A stretch of 64,000 nucleotides of DNA from a virus: positions 32,001 through 96,000 of the IMG/VR virus record IMGVR_UViG_3300044624_001054; one strand, written 5' to 3'. Below, one piece after another: positions 6,480 to 16,804 of this stretch. Numbering within the stretch: position 1 is the first letter of the stretch; every line of letters begins with the position of its first letter. The notes under the pieces are model-generated. The model had not been told where the DNA came from. It saw nothing but the letters and a program-made list of their open reading frames with translations, and did not search any database. A program made the translations under genes and the position numbers.

Positions 6480-6650
6480 TTACTTTCCGCGATACTTGCT
6501 GCGAAGTGGTGGCTTTAGTCCAGCCTTTACACATTGTGCGTAGGCTTGCCCATACTTCTTCTCAGAGCCCTCGCCAGCCTTGCCGCCCGTCTGCTTCTTT
6601 ACGTCTTTGCTTGCAATCTCTAGATCCCTTAGAAGATCCTCGTTGTTCAT
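6480..6650 (-). CDS. 56-aa basic hypothetical protein
   Basis: Hand-translated MNNEDLL...YGQAYAQCVKAGLKPPLRSKYRGK. Confidence 0.55.
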   Translation of the reverse strand: MNNEDLLRDLEIASKDVKKQTGGKAGEGSEKKYGQAYAQCVKAGLKPPLRSKYRGK

Positions 6651-6822
6651 TAGTTTACCTTTCTAGATAAGTGGTCATATTTCTCTGCCGCCGCTATTGC
6701 AACCCTTGCCAGATCATACCAAGTTTTAGCATTTGTTTTATATGCATTCATCAATACACTTGCTATGTATTCTACCTTGTCTATAGGCTCCTGTAAAGAA
6801 ATGTCAGCCTCTTCATGGATGC

Positions 6823-7023
6823 TCATAACAACTTCTCCTTCAATTCTGCTATGAGTCCTTGTATGGTGTCACATGACTCATGCCGCCACCAAAGATCGCA
6901 ATAATCATTATGTGTAGTTTGACACATAAGGCTACGCAAATCTATGATTAATCTATTATACACCTCACGTTCAACAGATGAAGTGTCTAATTCCTCGGAG
7001 CATTGCCAGCATCTAACGCTCAT
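6823..7023 (-). CDS. Hypothetical protein with CxxC
   Basis: ORF track. Confidence 0.55.
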   Translation of the reverse strand: MSVRCWQCSEELDTSSVEREVYNRLIIDLRSLMCQTTHNDYCDLWWRHESCDTIQGLIAELKEKLL

Positions 7024-7191
7024 ATTTTTTATTTAAGTATTCATTGTAAGCGTTGATTGCTATTCCTGCATCAAGCATGGCGATCTCAGCCCAGTTCTTA
7101 CCATCGTCTGAGTTAATCCAGTCTGAATCATTATATCTTTTGGGGAACCATGACTTCATCAAGGCCTCCGCCACATGAGTTAAACCTGGCA

Positions 7192-7767
7192 TTAGATTTC
7201 CTTTAGTCCCTTTAAAGGTTTGCCTGCCTTAATATTAGCCATGTTAGAAAGAGTATTGGTAACAACTTCTAGCGTGGTAAGAACATTAATGTACATATCT
7301 TCTGGGTGCCAAGGGGTATCTGTGCCGCCGCCATAAGTATCGTCAAACGCTACACGAAGAATCTCAAAGAATTCTTCTGCAGTAACATAGTATGCCGTCC
7401 AGGGATAATTACTAAAAGAAACGCTGGACTCAGCCGTCTTGTTATTTTTCTGAATCTGAATATTATAATCATCAAACTTGTTTGTTGTAGTAGTTGATGA
7501 AGTAGTGTAGGTAACAGTAGGGTTCATGTCCATATCCTTTCGTAATGAATTCCAAATTAATGTAAGATCATCCGCCGAACACCAAAGTTCTTTAGACCCA
7601 CCGCTCCAAAGCGGCGTATTAAATTTTACTAGATAATCTCTGGAAGTACTTTTATTATCTCTTCCAGGAACAAATTTGATAACTGTCCCCCTATGATTTG
7701 TTTCAAGGGAGGGATTTTTAAAGTTTACAATATCTCCAGGCTTTGGGATATATTTATATTCAGTCAC
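7192..7767 (-). CDS. Hypothetical protein
   Basis: ORF track; AAGGAG RBS; GTGA overlap. Confidence 0.65.
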   Translation of the reverse strand: MTEYKYIPKPGDIVNFKNPSLETNHRGTVIKFVPGRDNKSTSRDYLVKFNTPLWSGGSKELWCSADDLTLIWNSLRKDMDMNPTVTYTTSSTTTTNKFDDYNIQIQKNNKTAESSVSFSNYPWTAYYVTAEEFFEILRVAFDDTYGGGTDTPWHPEDMYINVLTTLEVVTNTLSNMANIKAGKPLKGLKEI

Positions 7768-8246
7768 TTAAACTCCTTGTGTGTAGGCCAGTAGTAAGTG
7801 CATTTTCCTGGACAGCATACATACTCCTGGTAGATTTCATATTCTGCGCGATACTGTGGGTATAGGTCTGGGGCTTTTTCATATAGCCGACCTCGGTGGG
7901 TAGTAAGGACATGATGAAATGTATTGTTATCAAGCATCCATGAAGGTGCGCTAGTATCCGACCATACATTGCCATCGGCCATCCTTTGAATTTCATACCA
8001 GTTTTTTTCCCACTTATAATCTCGCCGCTGCATCTCCCTACGGATAGCATTTAGATAATAGTACAGAGTAATAGAGTGATTGTCAAACATTCTGACTGCT
8101 GGATGATTGCGCCAAGCGTTAGACTTAGACTCGCCAACTAAGATAGTCATAATCTGACGGCCTTCAAGGAGTTGTTTGACTAGACGTTTGGTATCTAGTT
8201 GTTGGGCAGTATAATCAAAGTCTGATTCTGGTAGAAATACCTGCAT
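7764..8246 (-). CDS. Pyrimidine-dimer DNA glycosylase / endonuclease V-like (MSMEG_6728-type) protein
   Basis: MQVFLP..LDTKRLVKQLLE..WRNHPAVRM..H..L..K.P..Y pattern. Confidence 0.75.
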   Translation of the reverse strand: MQVFLPESDFDYTAQQLDTKRLVKQLLEGRQIMTILVGESKSNAWRNHPAVRMFDNHSITLYYYLNAIRREMQRRDYKWEKNWYEIQRMADGNVWSDTSAPSWMLDNNTFHHVLTTHRGRLYEKAPDLYPQYRAEYEIYQEYVCCPGKCTYYWPTHKEFK

Positions 8247-8421
8247 ATCATGAATTACTTTCTCTAGTTGCTGCTGCAAGGGCTAATGTAGCAAACACCT
8301 GTGCGGCTGCATACATTCCAATTTCGGCAAAGTGCATAGCCTTCTTCTCGTACTCAGTACTGCGAGTCATTATACTTATCCTGAAACTTCATCTCAAAGT
8401 AGTCATCGATTCCGTCCATTA

Positions 8422-8877
8422 TTACTCCCATCCTGGAACTACTGTGGTTGGAATATTATTTTCTTGCCATAGTTTGATAATGCTGGGGTTGTCATCCCAC
8501 GCATGAATTATATCGTAGGCGTTACGGAGCGTGTCAAGCATATCTTTCTTGACCTCATAGTCTTTGCGATTGTCCTCGTCCCCGCGCATCATTAGCATAT
8601 CGCTAGGAACCTCATGCATTGCCAGCCACCAAGCAGTATGATTCCGCCACATATGCTTACGGGCTGTAACAACTAGTACCTCATGTCCTAGCATATGTGC
8701 CATCTGAGCAGCATTTACCACATGATCATGTGCAGGAACGTTTACAGACTCAGCATGGAACTTATTAAAGTGTTTGATGACTCTACGTTTTGTATTATCG
8801 TATTTAGTTAGATGATGACGAATGGATGACACATCTGCTAGGGTGCCATCCATATCAAATATGACTGCCGTTCTCAC
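8422..8877 (-). CDS. HAD phosphatase, polynucleotide kinase 3'-phosphatase-like
   Basis: FDMDGTL, VTAR, MR..DNRKD..VK, WDDNP motifs. Confidence 0.8.
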   Translation of the reverse strand: MRTAVIFDMDGTLADVSSIRHHLTKYDNTKRRVIKHFNKFHAESVNVPAHDHVVNAAQMAHMLGHEVLVVTARKHMWRNHTAWWLAMHEVPSDMLMMRGDEDNRKDYEVKKDMLDTLRNAYDIIHAWDDNPSIIKLWQENNIPTTVVPGWE

Positions 8878-9065
8878 AGCATCTCCTCATAGTCTGGGTG
8901 GTCTAGCGGTGTTGGGGCAGTAACGAGAGTACCACATTGGGCACATTCTGCGCTAGTTAGATAGCCACAAATATTATAATCTTCATCAAACGTAACACAT
9001 ACTTTTAGCAGCCAACTTCCACAATTAGGGCATTCTGGACTAGGCAAACCTCGTGCATCAAGCAT
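8874..9065 (-). CDS. Zinc-ribbon protein
   Basis: CPNC...CAQC. Confidence 0.65.
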   Translation of the reverse strand: MLDARGLPSPECPNCGSWLLKVCVTFDEDYNICGYLTSAECAQCGTLVTAPTPLDHPDYEEML

Positions 9066-9307
9066 CGATCACTTCTTTCGTATAGAAATTATACGGCGGA
9101 CATTACTAGGAGATTTATCCTCATCATCCCACAGCCATTCCCATGGGTTGATTTCATCACCATTATTCCAATCGAACATGGGGAGATAGGACTTCATAGA
9201 TACCTCCAATTAGCGAGATCTTTTATTATTTACTTGCCTTTTTTGTTTCATTAGACGTTCAATTTCTTCGTCTAGATCTTCTTCTTCATCGTAATCGTAA
9301 GTTGTGT

Positions 9308-10318
9308 TCATAATTGTAGCCACTCTGGATTATCCAGAGTCCATTTTACCGTTCTCTCTAAAGATTCTTCAAGTGATAGGGGTGCCTTCCACCCTGTACC
9401 AGCAATTTTAGCACCGTCCAAAGCATAACGCAAGTCATGTCCTGGACGAGATGAGTGGAAATCTACTAGTTCATAGTTTAATTCATTTCCAACAAAACTA
9501 GCAACCATTTGAGCCATCTCTAAATTATCCATCTCTCTCTCGCCAACAACATGGAATTTTTGAGGGGCCTGAGACTCTCCATAGACTGGCGTAGGCTGGT
9601 TCAGGGCATGGAGTAGGGCATCTGCCTGGTTCCTAGCATGAAGATAATATCTACTGCCAATCTGTCCAGTTGGAGAAGCATGGATAGCCATTTTATCTCC
9701 AGCCAAAACCTTCTTAATGGTCATAGGGATGAACTTCTCTGGGTCCTGCATCTCACCAATGATGTTCATGGTGTTGGTGATAATTAGAGGTACACCATAT
9801 GTCCTCCAATATGAATAGGCAATTGACTCTTGGGCAGCCTTAGATGCAGAGTATGGATTGCTTGGGAAGTACTGATCCATCCATTCACGGTGGGCATGGC
9901 CTACAGGAGCAGGGCCATAGACTTCATCAGTAGACACATGCAAAAACTTCTCAATGTCTGAGAATCTTGCCCACTCTAGCATATTACAAACTAGAGATAC
10001 ATTATTCTCAATGAAAGGGACTGGCTCTGTAATAGACCTATCAACATGCGAGTCGCTAGCAACGTTAAGAACATAGTCAATCTTGCCAATCTCATGAGAT
10101 AGGACAGGAGAGATAGGGGCAGTAAGGTCATGCTTAAGAACCTTTACCCTCTTAAAGTCATCATCGTATCCTGCCACCGCCAGACGAATTCTGTCTGTTA
10201 TTCCACGGTGTCGAAAAGATACCAAACAAACTACATTCCAGTCTGTGTTGGCAAGAATGTGACGCAATACATGGCTGCCAACAAATCCGCTAGCACCAGT
10301 TAGAAGTACAGTAGTCAT
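9308..10318 (-). CDS. rmlB: dTDP-glucose 4,6-dehydratase-like extended SDR
   Basis: TGASGFVG, SHVDRSI, STDEVYG, YSASK, PEKFIP, RPGHDLRYALD. Confidence 0.85.
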   Translation of the reverse strand: MTTVLLTGASGFVGSHVLRHILANTDWNVVCLVSFRHRGITDRIRLAVAGYDDDFKRVKVLKHDLTAPISPVLSHEIGKIDYVLNVASDSHVDRSITEPVPFIENNVSLVCNMLEWARFSDIEKFLHVSTDEVYGPAPVGHAHREWMDQYFPSNPYSASKAAQESIAYSYWRTYGVPLIITNTMNIIGEMQDPEKFIPMTIKKVLAGDKMAIHASPTGQIGSRYYLHARNQADALLHALNQPTPVYGESQAPQKFHVVGEREMDNLEMAQMVASFVGNELNYELVDFHSSRPGHDLRYALDGAKIAGTGWKAPLSLEESLERTVKWTLDNPEWLQL

Positions 10319-10372
10319 TAATTTCCAATCGTTTTCATTATTATGACATTATTCATAGCCATATGTCAATAC

Positions 10373-11239
10373 TTATATCCAGCCTTTAATGGCTCTTTTA
10401 ATTCCGTCTTCAAGGGAGATCTGAGGAGTATATACCTTAAGCATATTTGTGTTATCTGAAACTCTATACATAACTCCTACTGGTTCTGCTGGTAAGTGGC
10501 GAAAGGTTGGCTCATAGCCGACTATTTTTGCTACTAGTTCAGCAAATTCATTAAATGAAACTGCCTCAGAGTTGCCAAGATTTAGGGGCTGTAAGTAATC
10601 TTGAGTGATAGCGGCATCTACAGCCTTTACGATATCTATGATATGAATGAAATCACGAACTTGTGTTCCATCTCCCCAGATATCAAATGGATCTGCTCTG
10701 TCCACACCTCGCTTGATATAGGATGGAAAGGGGTAGGAAAGATCTTGATCTGTGCCGTATCCAGAGAAAGGTCTAAATACATGAACCTTAATCCCTTCTG
10801 CTTGAGCAAACTGAGCAAGATATTCTCCCGTTAATTTTGCCCAACCATAAGTAAGGTCTGGGTTAGATACGTTTGTTAGATCTATATCTGATTCTTTTAG
10901 TTTAATATTAGACCCAGAAGTCTGCAATTTAATTGGATAGGCAGCGGAACTAGAGAAGTATACAACTCTTCCTGGGCGAGTAAGAAGCACCCATTGGAAG
11001 AAATCACTATCTATTGCTAGATCTGTTGCAACACTAAGAGGATTGCCTTCAATAGTTTTCCTGCCGCCTACTATCGCGGCTAAATGAATTACAAGATCAT
11101 AATACTCTCTGTTTACTTTAAAGAAATCTCTACAGTCATTACCACTTTTGATATCAATAATTGTTAGATCATGATCTTTATAGTGCATCTGGAAATATTT
11201 TCCAACAAACCCCTCACCACCAGTAATTAGTATCTTCAC
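10373..11239 (-). CDS. NAD-dependent sugar epimerase/dehydratase
   Basis: TGGEGFVG, HLAA, SSSAAY, YGWAK, WGDGTQVRDFIH. Confidence 0.88.
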   Translation of the reverse strand: MKILITGGEGFVGKYFQMHYKDHDLTIIDIKSGNDCRDFFKVNREYYDLVIHLAAIVGGRKTIEGNPLSVATDLAIDSDFFQWVLLTRPGRVVYFSSSAAYPIKLQTSGSNIKLKESDIDLTNVSNPDLTYGWAKLTGEYLAQFAQAEGIKVHVFRPFSGYGTDQDLSYPFPSYIKRGVDRADPFDIWGDGTQVRDFIHIIDIVKAVDAAITQDYLQPLNLGNSEAVSFNEFAELVAKIVGYEPTFRHLPAEPVGVMYRVSDNTNMLKVYTPQISLEDGIKRAIKGWI

Positions 11240-11895
11240 ATATCTACCTTAAACTTATTTAATTCATCTGCAATGTTGTACATAAGATACTGCTCCCAAG
11301 CAATTTTGTCATTATCATTCATGGCAGCGCTGTTAACTTCTTTATAAAGTTCATCTGCATTAGATTTACCTACAGAATAATGCATATGTTCTATGGTTAC
11401 GTCTGAGTAATACTGTAGTGTATTAAGTCTACGACCTAACTCCATCCAGAAATTATCTAAATAAAGATGTTTCATCTTTGGCGGAGCCATGTAGCCTAGA
11501 GTTCTAATAATATTAGAGTCCAGCATAGCGGCTGTAGCAAGACGCTCTCCCTGAATTAAATCATTTCCATAAGAAACAGTATTCTTCTTAGCATGACGCA
11601 TGAAGATTTTGTCCCAGCCTGAAGTTCTAATTCTATGATCATCGCCCATGAATGTAATGTAGTCGTACTGATCGGAGTACTTATTGGCAACCAAATTTAG
11701 CGTTCCATTCATTCCTTTTCTATCATTTACTTCCCAGATTACATCGTCATACCGCTCTGAATAATTTTGTGCATCATCAGAATCGATGGCAAAACATAGG
11801 GTGGTTTGATCTGAAGTATTCTGGACAAAGGAATCATAGAATTCCGCTGCATTATGTGGTCGCGATCTTGTTGGAACTATTAACAGGTTTTTCAT
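11236..11895 (-). CDS. Glycosyltransferase, GT-A/family 2-like
   Basis: IVPTRSR N-terminus, FMGDD (DxD-like), LYLDN..IEHMH. Confidence 0.75.
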   Translation of the reverse strand: MKNLLIVPTRSRPHNAAEFYDSFVQNTSDQTTLCFAIDSDDAQNYSERYDDVIWEVNDRKGMNGTLNLVANKYSDQYDYITFMGDDHRIRTSGWDKIFMRHAKKNTVSYGNDLIQGERLATAAMLDSNIIRTLGYMAPPKMKHLYLDNFWMELGRRLNTLQYYSDVTIEHMHYSVGKSNADELYKEVNSAAMNDNDKIAWEQYLMYNIADELNKFKVDM

Positions 11896-12680
11896 TAATA
11901 TCCTAACTTCTTCTTTTCATTTTCAGTAGACGACCAAGTATGAGTATTCTTATAGAAATCATACTCTTCTTCCGTCATCGGTTGCTTTTCCCACCAACCC
12001 ATGTGGCGACAGGTAAATCTCCCAGCAATTCTAATTGCACTTGTATTACATGTCATTCTACCAGGGACATGATCTATTTCTTCAAGGAATTTATCTCTAT
12101 TATAGAGAGAAAATGTCGTATCAATCGGGGCGGCGTACAAATCGTCTACCTCTGGTAACTGATCAACCTTTCTAGACCAGTAACTTCTTTCCCATAGATC
12201 CACTTGATTGGGATTAAAAAATCTTTCTCTTTCTTCTGGTGTGTCAATGTCTATTGCGAGGCCAACCTTTGACACGCCGTACATATCAACGATCCTTCTC
12301 ATTTTATCAATTGCATTATGAGGCATTTGCTCGTTGAATAATAAATCTGGATCTGTCACGATGAAATACTTGGGCATCCGTGAACAGATATCTTTATTTT
12401 CTGTGTAGTATCTTGGGCCATGGTTTTCTGACCAACGAACTACATGATATTTTTGTGATAGTTTTTCTAATAAATCTATCATTGGCGGGTAAGATGAATT
12501 ATTATCGCATATGATAATATTCGTCCACCCACGACTCTCTAGTTGATCAATCATAGACTTAAGATACGTTGGTGCATTGAACGTTGGGATAATAATAGGT
12601 ACATCATCTGGAATAAGTGTTGATGAATCATTATCTTTCTGGTATTCCAGCGCAACCCTAATATCTTCATACATCGGCAT
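11895..12680 (-). CDS. Glycosyltransferase family 2-like
   Basis: IIIPTFN, ICDNNS, VTDPD. Confidence 0.75.
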   Translation of the reverse strand: MPMYEDIRVALEYQKDNDSSTLIPDDVPIIIPTFNAPTYLKSMIDQLESRGWTNIIICDNNSSYPPMIDLLEKLSQKYHVVRWSENHGPRYYTENKDICSRMPKYFIVTDPDLLFNEQMPHNAIDKMRRIVDMYGVSKVGLAIDIDTPEERERFFNPNQVDLWERSYWSRKVDQLPEVDDLYAAPIDTTFSLYNRDKFLEEIDHVPGRMTCNTSAIRIAGRFTCRHMGWWEKQPMTEEEYDFYKNTHTWSSTENEKKKLGY

Positions 12681-13291
12681 TATCTATTTTCTCCTAAAAC
12701 CTCTGGTATGTGGACGTATCCGTACTTTGAAATTATTTCTTCAAATAGAAAGCCGTCAGCAGAATGATCATACCTGTGCCAGCCGCCAATAGACTCCCAC
12801 GCTTTTTTACTAACAACACATTGTAAAAGATCAATCTTACCCATAACGGGAGGTATACCAGAAAAGTAATTTATGCCAAACTTCTCATGCTTACACGCAA
12901 AAACTACAACGTCTGCCTTTGTTTTATCTATTTTGTCGGATATCTTCTGCAACGCTTCTGGATATAATATATTATCTATATTAAAGTGTAGGATATATTC
13001 TCCAGCAGCCTGCTTGATTCCAAGATCTCTGGAGTGATGGCCCCATCCATATCCAGCATAAAACTGGTCTAAGCCATAGATTCCATAATGCTTTTCTGTG
13101 TTTATAAATCCAGTATTTTCTGGTACATCATCTAACTCATTATCATACGAGCCTTCTCTAGGTCCGTCATGAATAATTAATAGTTCAAAGTCTTTAAAAG
13201 TCTGATTGTTTAATGACTCTATGCCTTCACGCATTCTATCTCTTGGCACATGATTCTCAGCGTCAGTCGCAACTATTGTAAATCTTGTCAT
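12680..13291 (-). CDS. Glycosyltransferase family 2-like
   Basis: SLNNQTFKDFELLIIHDG, RDLGIKQAAGEYILHFNID. Confidence 0.8.
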   Translation of the reverse strand: MTRFTIVATDAENHVPRDRMREGIESLNNQTFKDFELLIIHDGPREGSYDNELDDVPENTGFINTEKHYGIYGLDQFYAGYGWGHHSRDLGIKQAAGEYILHFNIDNILYPEALQKISDKIDKTKADVVVFACKHEKFGINYFSGIPPVMGKIDLLQCVVSKKAWESIGGWHRYDHSADGFLFEEIISKYGYVHIPEVLGENR

Positions 13292-13292
13292 C

Positions 13293-13937
13293 TTATTCCT
13301 TAAAGTACCAGTCGTCCCATGCAGATAGTTCTTCAAGTATTCTAGTATACCCTTTAGATACCATCAGATCATATATTTTTTCTCTGCTGTCTGTGTAATT
13401 ATGCTCTATTGTGAATAGTTTAATGTCTTTATTGAATGAGAATGCTGAGAGGATATCAAATTCTGACCCCTCTGTATCTATAGATACATATTCTATAGTG
13501 CTAGGAGCATTGTGAAATTCTAATAAATCATCAAGGGACACCGTTTCTACCTCAAACTGTGTGCCCCGTTTTCTATTACTAGCCCACCTATCTGATTCCG
13601 TATAATCGGTAATGGTTGATAGTTCAGACATTTCATCAACAGATGTAAATGAAATAAGTTCTCCAGTTTTGGTATACACACAGCGATGATCTACTATGCA
13701 TTCTCTACTCTTTAGTGACTCATGAAAGATAGGATTTGGTTCTACTAAAATGCCCTTCCATCCATGATCTTTTTCTAAAAGATATGTATTAGAAATGTTT
13801 TCTGCGTCGGCGGCACCAAACTCAACAAAGAATCCGTTGTCTCCAAAAATACTGGCGACAAGAACATCCTGACCTAGTTGAGACTTGCGTTCTTTAGATT
13901 TTAGTTGATCTGAGATAAACTCTAGATTGATATTCAA
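13293..13937 (-). CDS. FkbM-family methyltransferase
   Basis: SQLGQD, FVEFGAAD, GWKGILVEPN, IDTEGSE. Confidence 0.85.
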   Translation of the reverse strand: MNINLEFISDQLKSKERKSQLGQDVLVASIFGDNGFFVEFGAADAENISNTYLLEKDHGWKGILVEPNPIFHESLKSRECIVDHRCVYTKTGELISFTSVDEMSELSTITDYTESDRWASNRKRGTQFEVETVSLDDLLEFHNAPSTIEYVSIDTEGSEFDILSAFSFNKDIKLFTIEHNYTDSREKIYDLMVSKGYTRILEELSAWDDWYFKE

Positions 13938-14146
13938 CTTCCTACCTTATCATTAATTATGCAATCCATGCAGTAGAATCCTGCATAATCATTATATGCT
14001 ATATCTGTAAGAAGATGAGATAATTCATTAAATTGGGCTACTTCATTGACACAATTTATATTAGAGCAGTAGTATTCTTGAGGTTGCTTTATATCTTCAA
14101 TACGCTTTTTCTTAAAAGATAAAGGAAAAGACTTAATCAGATTCAT
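13934..14146 (-). CDS. Hypothetical protein
   Basis: ORF track; Cys pairs. Confidence 0.55.
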   Translation of the reverse strand: MNLIKSFPLSFKKKRIEDIKQPQEYYCSNINCVNEVAQFNELSHLLTDIAYNDYAGFYCMDCIINDKVGS

Positions 14147-14303
14147 AGTCTATCCCCATCTCTCTAACATCGGTGAGATCATCATTCTCAATGATCTCCT
14201 CATAGTTTATCCCGTCCTTATAGTACTTAACAAGACAGAAATTTGCATAGTATTTAATGACCTTGCCCCAACATTTTTCAGACTCTATCCATACCAGACT
14301 CAT
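14133..14303 (-). CDS. Hypothetical protein
   Basis: Start MSLVWIES overlaps the upstream stop. Confidence 0.6.
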   Translation of the reverse strand: MSLVWIESEKCWGKVIKYYANFCLVKYYKDGINYEEIIENDDLTDVREMGIDYESD

Positions 14304-14551
14304 CTTACCGTCCTTGGCGGATCTCCTGGCACTCCTTGAAAATCGCAAGCATATCCAAATTTCTCTACCAATCCCTTTAGTTTATAAAGATATTCCATAA
14401 CAGTCATTTGTTTTTCTTTAGATAAAGACATTACCTCATTTTCATAAACCCTGAGCGCAATAAATTTTGGCATCTCAACAAGGTCCACGACTATATTATA
14501 CGGAGGCTTATGCTCTTTCAATATCTTATAAACTAATGGATCATAGATCAA
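14300..14551 (-). CDS. Hypothetical protein
   Basis: ORF track; GAAGGAG RBS. Confidence 0.7.
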   Translation of the reverse strand: MIYDPLVYKILKEHKPPYNIVVDLVEMPKFIALRVYENEVMSLSKEKQMTVMEYLYKLKGLVEKFGYACDFQGVPGDPPRTVR

Positions 14552-14825
14552 TGTCTTCTCCTTCAGAGACTAGTTCTAGAACTCTAGCCCAGATTTCCTG
14601 GGTTTTATGAGAATTTCTTACATTGTCTAGTTTACCATCATTTAGAAAAACGCCACCCCATACACCAAAAGATTCTGTTTTCACGCCATAATCAAAACAT
14701 TCTTTAATTACTGGGCACGACAGGCATTGTCTATCTATATCTCTTGCGATATCCTGATCTAATTCATATTTGTCAAAATAGAGTTCTGTGTCAGTTCCAG
14801 CGCATAGCGCTTCACTTAGCCACAT
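14541..14825 (-). CDS. whiB: WhiB-family Fe-S transcription factor
   Basis: W...ALC...F...CLSCPVIKEC...GVWGG. Confidence 0.9.
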   Translation of the reverse strand: MWLSEALCAGTDTELYFDKYELDQDIARDIDRQCLSCPVIKECFDYGVKTESFGVWGGVFLNDGKLDNVRNSHKTQEIWARVLELVSEGEDIDL

Positions 14826-15030
14826 ATTTAGAGGGAACTTTCCATCCATTACTGCCTGGGTAATACTTGTTTGTTACCCCCCACTTTCCATACCGAAACA
14901 TACCGTTCTTCTTGTAGAATCCATCCTTAAGAGGCTTCCAATCTACAATAGTCCAACCATCCCAAAATAGATTAGTATTAGAATCTACAATAGCATGGGC
15001 AGCGTTGTAATCGATAAATACCTGGCTCAT
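14812..15030 (-). CDS. Hypothetical protein
   Basis: ORF track; coupled. Confidence 0.7.
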   Translation of the reverse strand: MSQVFIDYNAAHAIVDSNTNLFWDGWTIVDWKPLKDGFYKKNGMFRYGKWGVTNKYYPGSNGWKVPSKYVAK

Positions 15031-15386
15031 TATTCCTCACTTGTTGTATAGACGATTTTCTTTATTCCATTTTTTCTTATTGCTTCATAACATCTCTTGC
15101 AGGGTCGGCTATCTCTAGCCTCTCCTCGCCTATTTACTCTAGCAACATAAATAGTTGCCCCGCTTACATCCTTAGCCTTCTTTATTGCATCCACTTCTGC
15201 ATGTACTGAGCAATGATCTTTGATATGCTCACTAGATACAATTCGTGGATGACTTCTATCCTTATTCATTCCTGTGGAAATAACTCTTCCACCCTTTACA
15301 ATTACAGATCCGTGCTTCATGCGACAGTCTGACTGGGATGCCAGGTAGGACGCAACTGAAAGATATGCTTGGTCGCGCTTAGATAC
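15030..15386 (-). CDS. Zinc-dependent cytidine/dCMP deaminase-like protein (start uncertain)
   Basis: KHGSVIV, HAE, RPCKRC; frame stays open upstream of ATG 15320 but has no canonical start there. Confidence 0.75.
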   Translation of the reverse strand, partial: VSKRDQAYLSVASYLASQSDCRMKHGSVIVKGGRVISTGMNKDRSHPRIVSSEHIKDHCSVHAEVDAIKKAKDVSGATIYVARVNRRGEARDSRPCKRCYEAIRKNGIKKIVYTTSEE

Positions 15387-15422
15387 GGCGACCTGCTCCT
15401 TTGATAATTCTCATGGTATCTC

Positions 15423-15791
15423 CTATACCTTGTATATGCTTACGGGAATATTTTTATTCTCTGCTTCAGAGATGACAACATCAAAAATCTCTGACCTATC
15501 ATTCTTCGTTGATAGATATACTACACTATTAAGGTCGTAGTTGTCAAAGTTTTCTGCAACATCATTTTTAAGTACACGATAGAATCGTGACTTAATTCCC
15601 TTCTGCCGGAAAAATCCTTCAGTTTTGTTTACAAATTCGGCAGCGAACTGATTAATTTTGTACGGTCCTGCAGTATAAATATCAATTCTATTGTCATCAC
15701 TAGAGACATTGTTGTCAATAGCCACGACAACTGCACGGGTAAAAGTATCGTAGTCTGAGAACTTATTGTTCCCATAAACAAGAATTTTCAT
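15423..15791 (-). CDS. Hypothetical protein, possibly SLOG-like
   Basis: MKILVYG...FSDYDTF N-terminus. Confidence 0.55.
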   Translation of the reverse strand: MKILVYGNNKFSDYDTFTRAVVVAIDNNVSSDDNRIDIYTAGPYKINQFAAEFVNKTEGFFRQKGIKSRFYRVLKNDVAENFDNYDLNSVVYLSTKNDRSEIFDVVISEAENKNIPVSIYKV

Positions 15792-15800
15792 TATTATTCC

Positions 15801-16298
15801 TTAGTATAGGTCTCTAAATTCGCCTTGTATAAGCCAAGTGTTTGTAAAAATTTTATTTAAAATTATTGCGTCCCACCTAGATGTTAAGTATACATCAGAG
15901 GGTGTCTCAATTTCAATATTTTCAGAGCCTGCCACGATATTAACATCTCCTTCTCCTCCACGAACAATGGTAATCCTAGACCCATTGTGTATATTTGGAT
16001 CAGAAGAGTTATCTGGGATGATGACGTTGCAATATGATGCGGAAAAAATATAAAGTATGTTTTCTGAATACCCTTGGTTTAATGTAAAGTTTAACGATGC
16101 TGTTGAAGGACTTCCTATTACAAATGTTTCTGGGGCTATAAGTATTTTTAAGTTATCATAGTTTACTACATCTGTCCAAGATCCATCAACCACCATTCTA
16201 TAGGTTAGATTTATATCATTATAATATAATGCACCATCTTCTGCCTCTACTGGATCTTCAGATAGGGTTACTGGTTTTATTAATGAATAAAAGTCCAT
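15801..16298 (-). CDS. Virion-associated / fibre-like hypothetical protein
   Basis: C-terminal G..ITIVR.G.G.V...TNTWLIQG module typical of fibre proteins. Confidence 0.5.
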   Translation of the reverse strand: MDFYSLIKPVTLSEDPVEAEDGALYYNDINLTYRMVVDGSWTDVVNYDNLKILIAPETFVIGSPSTASLNFTLNQGYSENILYIFSASYCNVIIPDNSSDPNIHNGSRITIVRGGEGDVNIVAGSENIEIETPSDVYLTSRWDAIILNKIFTNTWLIQGEFRDLY

Positions 16299-16804
16299 TA
16301 CAATTTACCTTCATTAACATTAACAAATCTACCGCCCCAGATACTCTTATTTACATTAACGTATCCAGGGGGAATTGCTGCTAAACGACATTTGCCCATC
16401 TCTTGTATTTCATAAGAAAGAATCTTACACCCCAAGCCACCGTCTTCTTTCTCAAAATGTAAAGAACAGTTGCCACACATTACACCAATAGATGCTTCTT
16501 CATTTTGAGCAGCAGTTTCATAGCCGATCCAAATGCCTGTTTCTTCTGCATTTAGGGGGCCGTAGTTATATGCTATAGATACTAGGGAGTCGTGGAATTG
16601 TTTCTCTGCGTCGGACAATTGTTCGTACAAATTATGCTCTGCCTTAGAAATATCTTTCTTAGATCTTGCTTCAGCGGCATAGAGGGCACGCTGTTGCTCT
16701 ATAGCCTCACGACGGGTTCCATGAGTTCCACGAACGGTTCCATCTGGACTTATTACGGAATACCCAGATTTTCCACGATAGTTTTGTCTAATATCATACG
16801 GCAT
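16298..16804 (-). CDS. Hypothetical protein with 4-Cys C-terminal domain
   Basis: CGNC..C..C; GGGAGG RBS. Confidence 0.65.
   Translation of the reverse strand: MPYDIRQNYRGKSGYSVISPDGTVRGTHGTRREAIEQQRALYAAEARSKKDISKAEHNLYEQLSDAEKQFHDSLVSIAYNYGPLNAEETGIWIGYETAAQNEEASIGVMCGNCSLHFEKEDGGLGCKILSYEIQEMGKCRLAAIPPGYVNVNKSIWGGRFVNVNEGKL

Noticed and set aside
6480-6650. Suspected frameshift in a small basic ORF
   Set aside because: Re-reading gives TAT GGG CAA GCC; the frame is intact.
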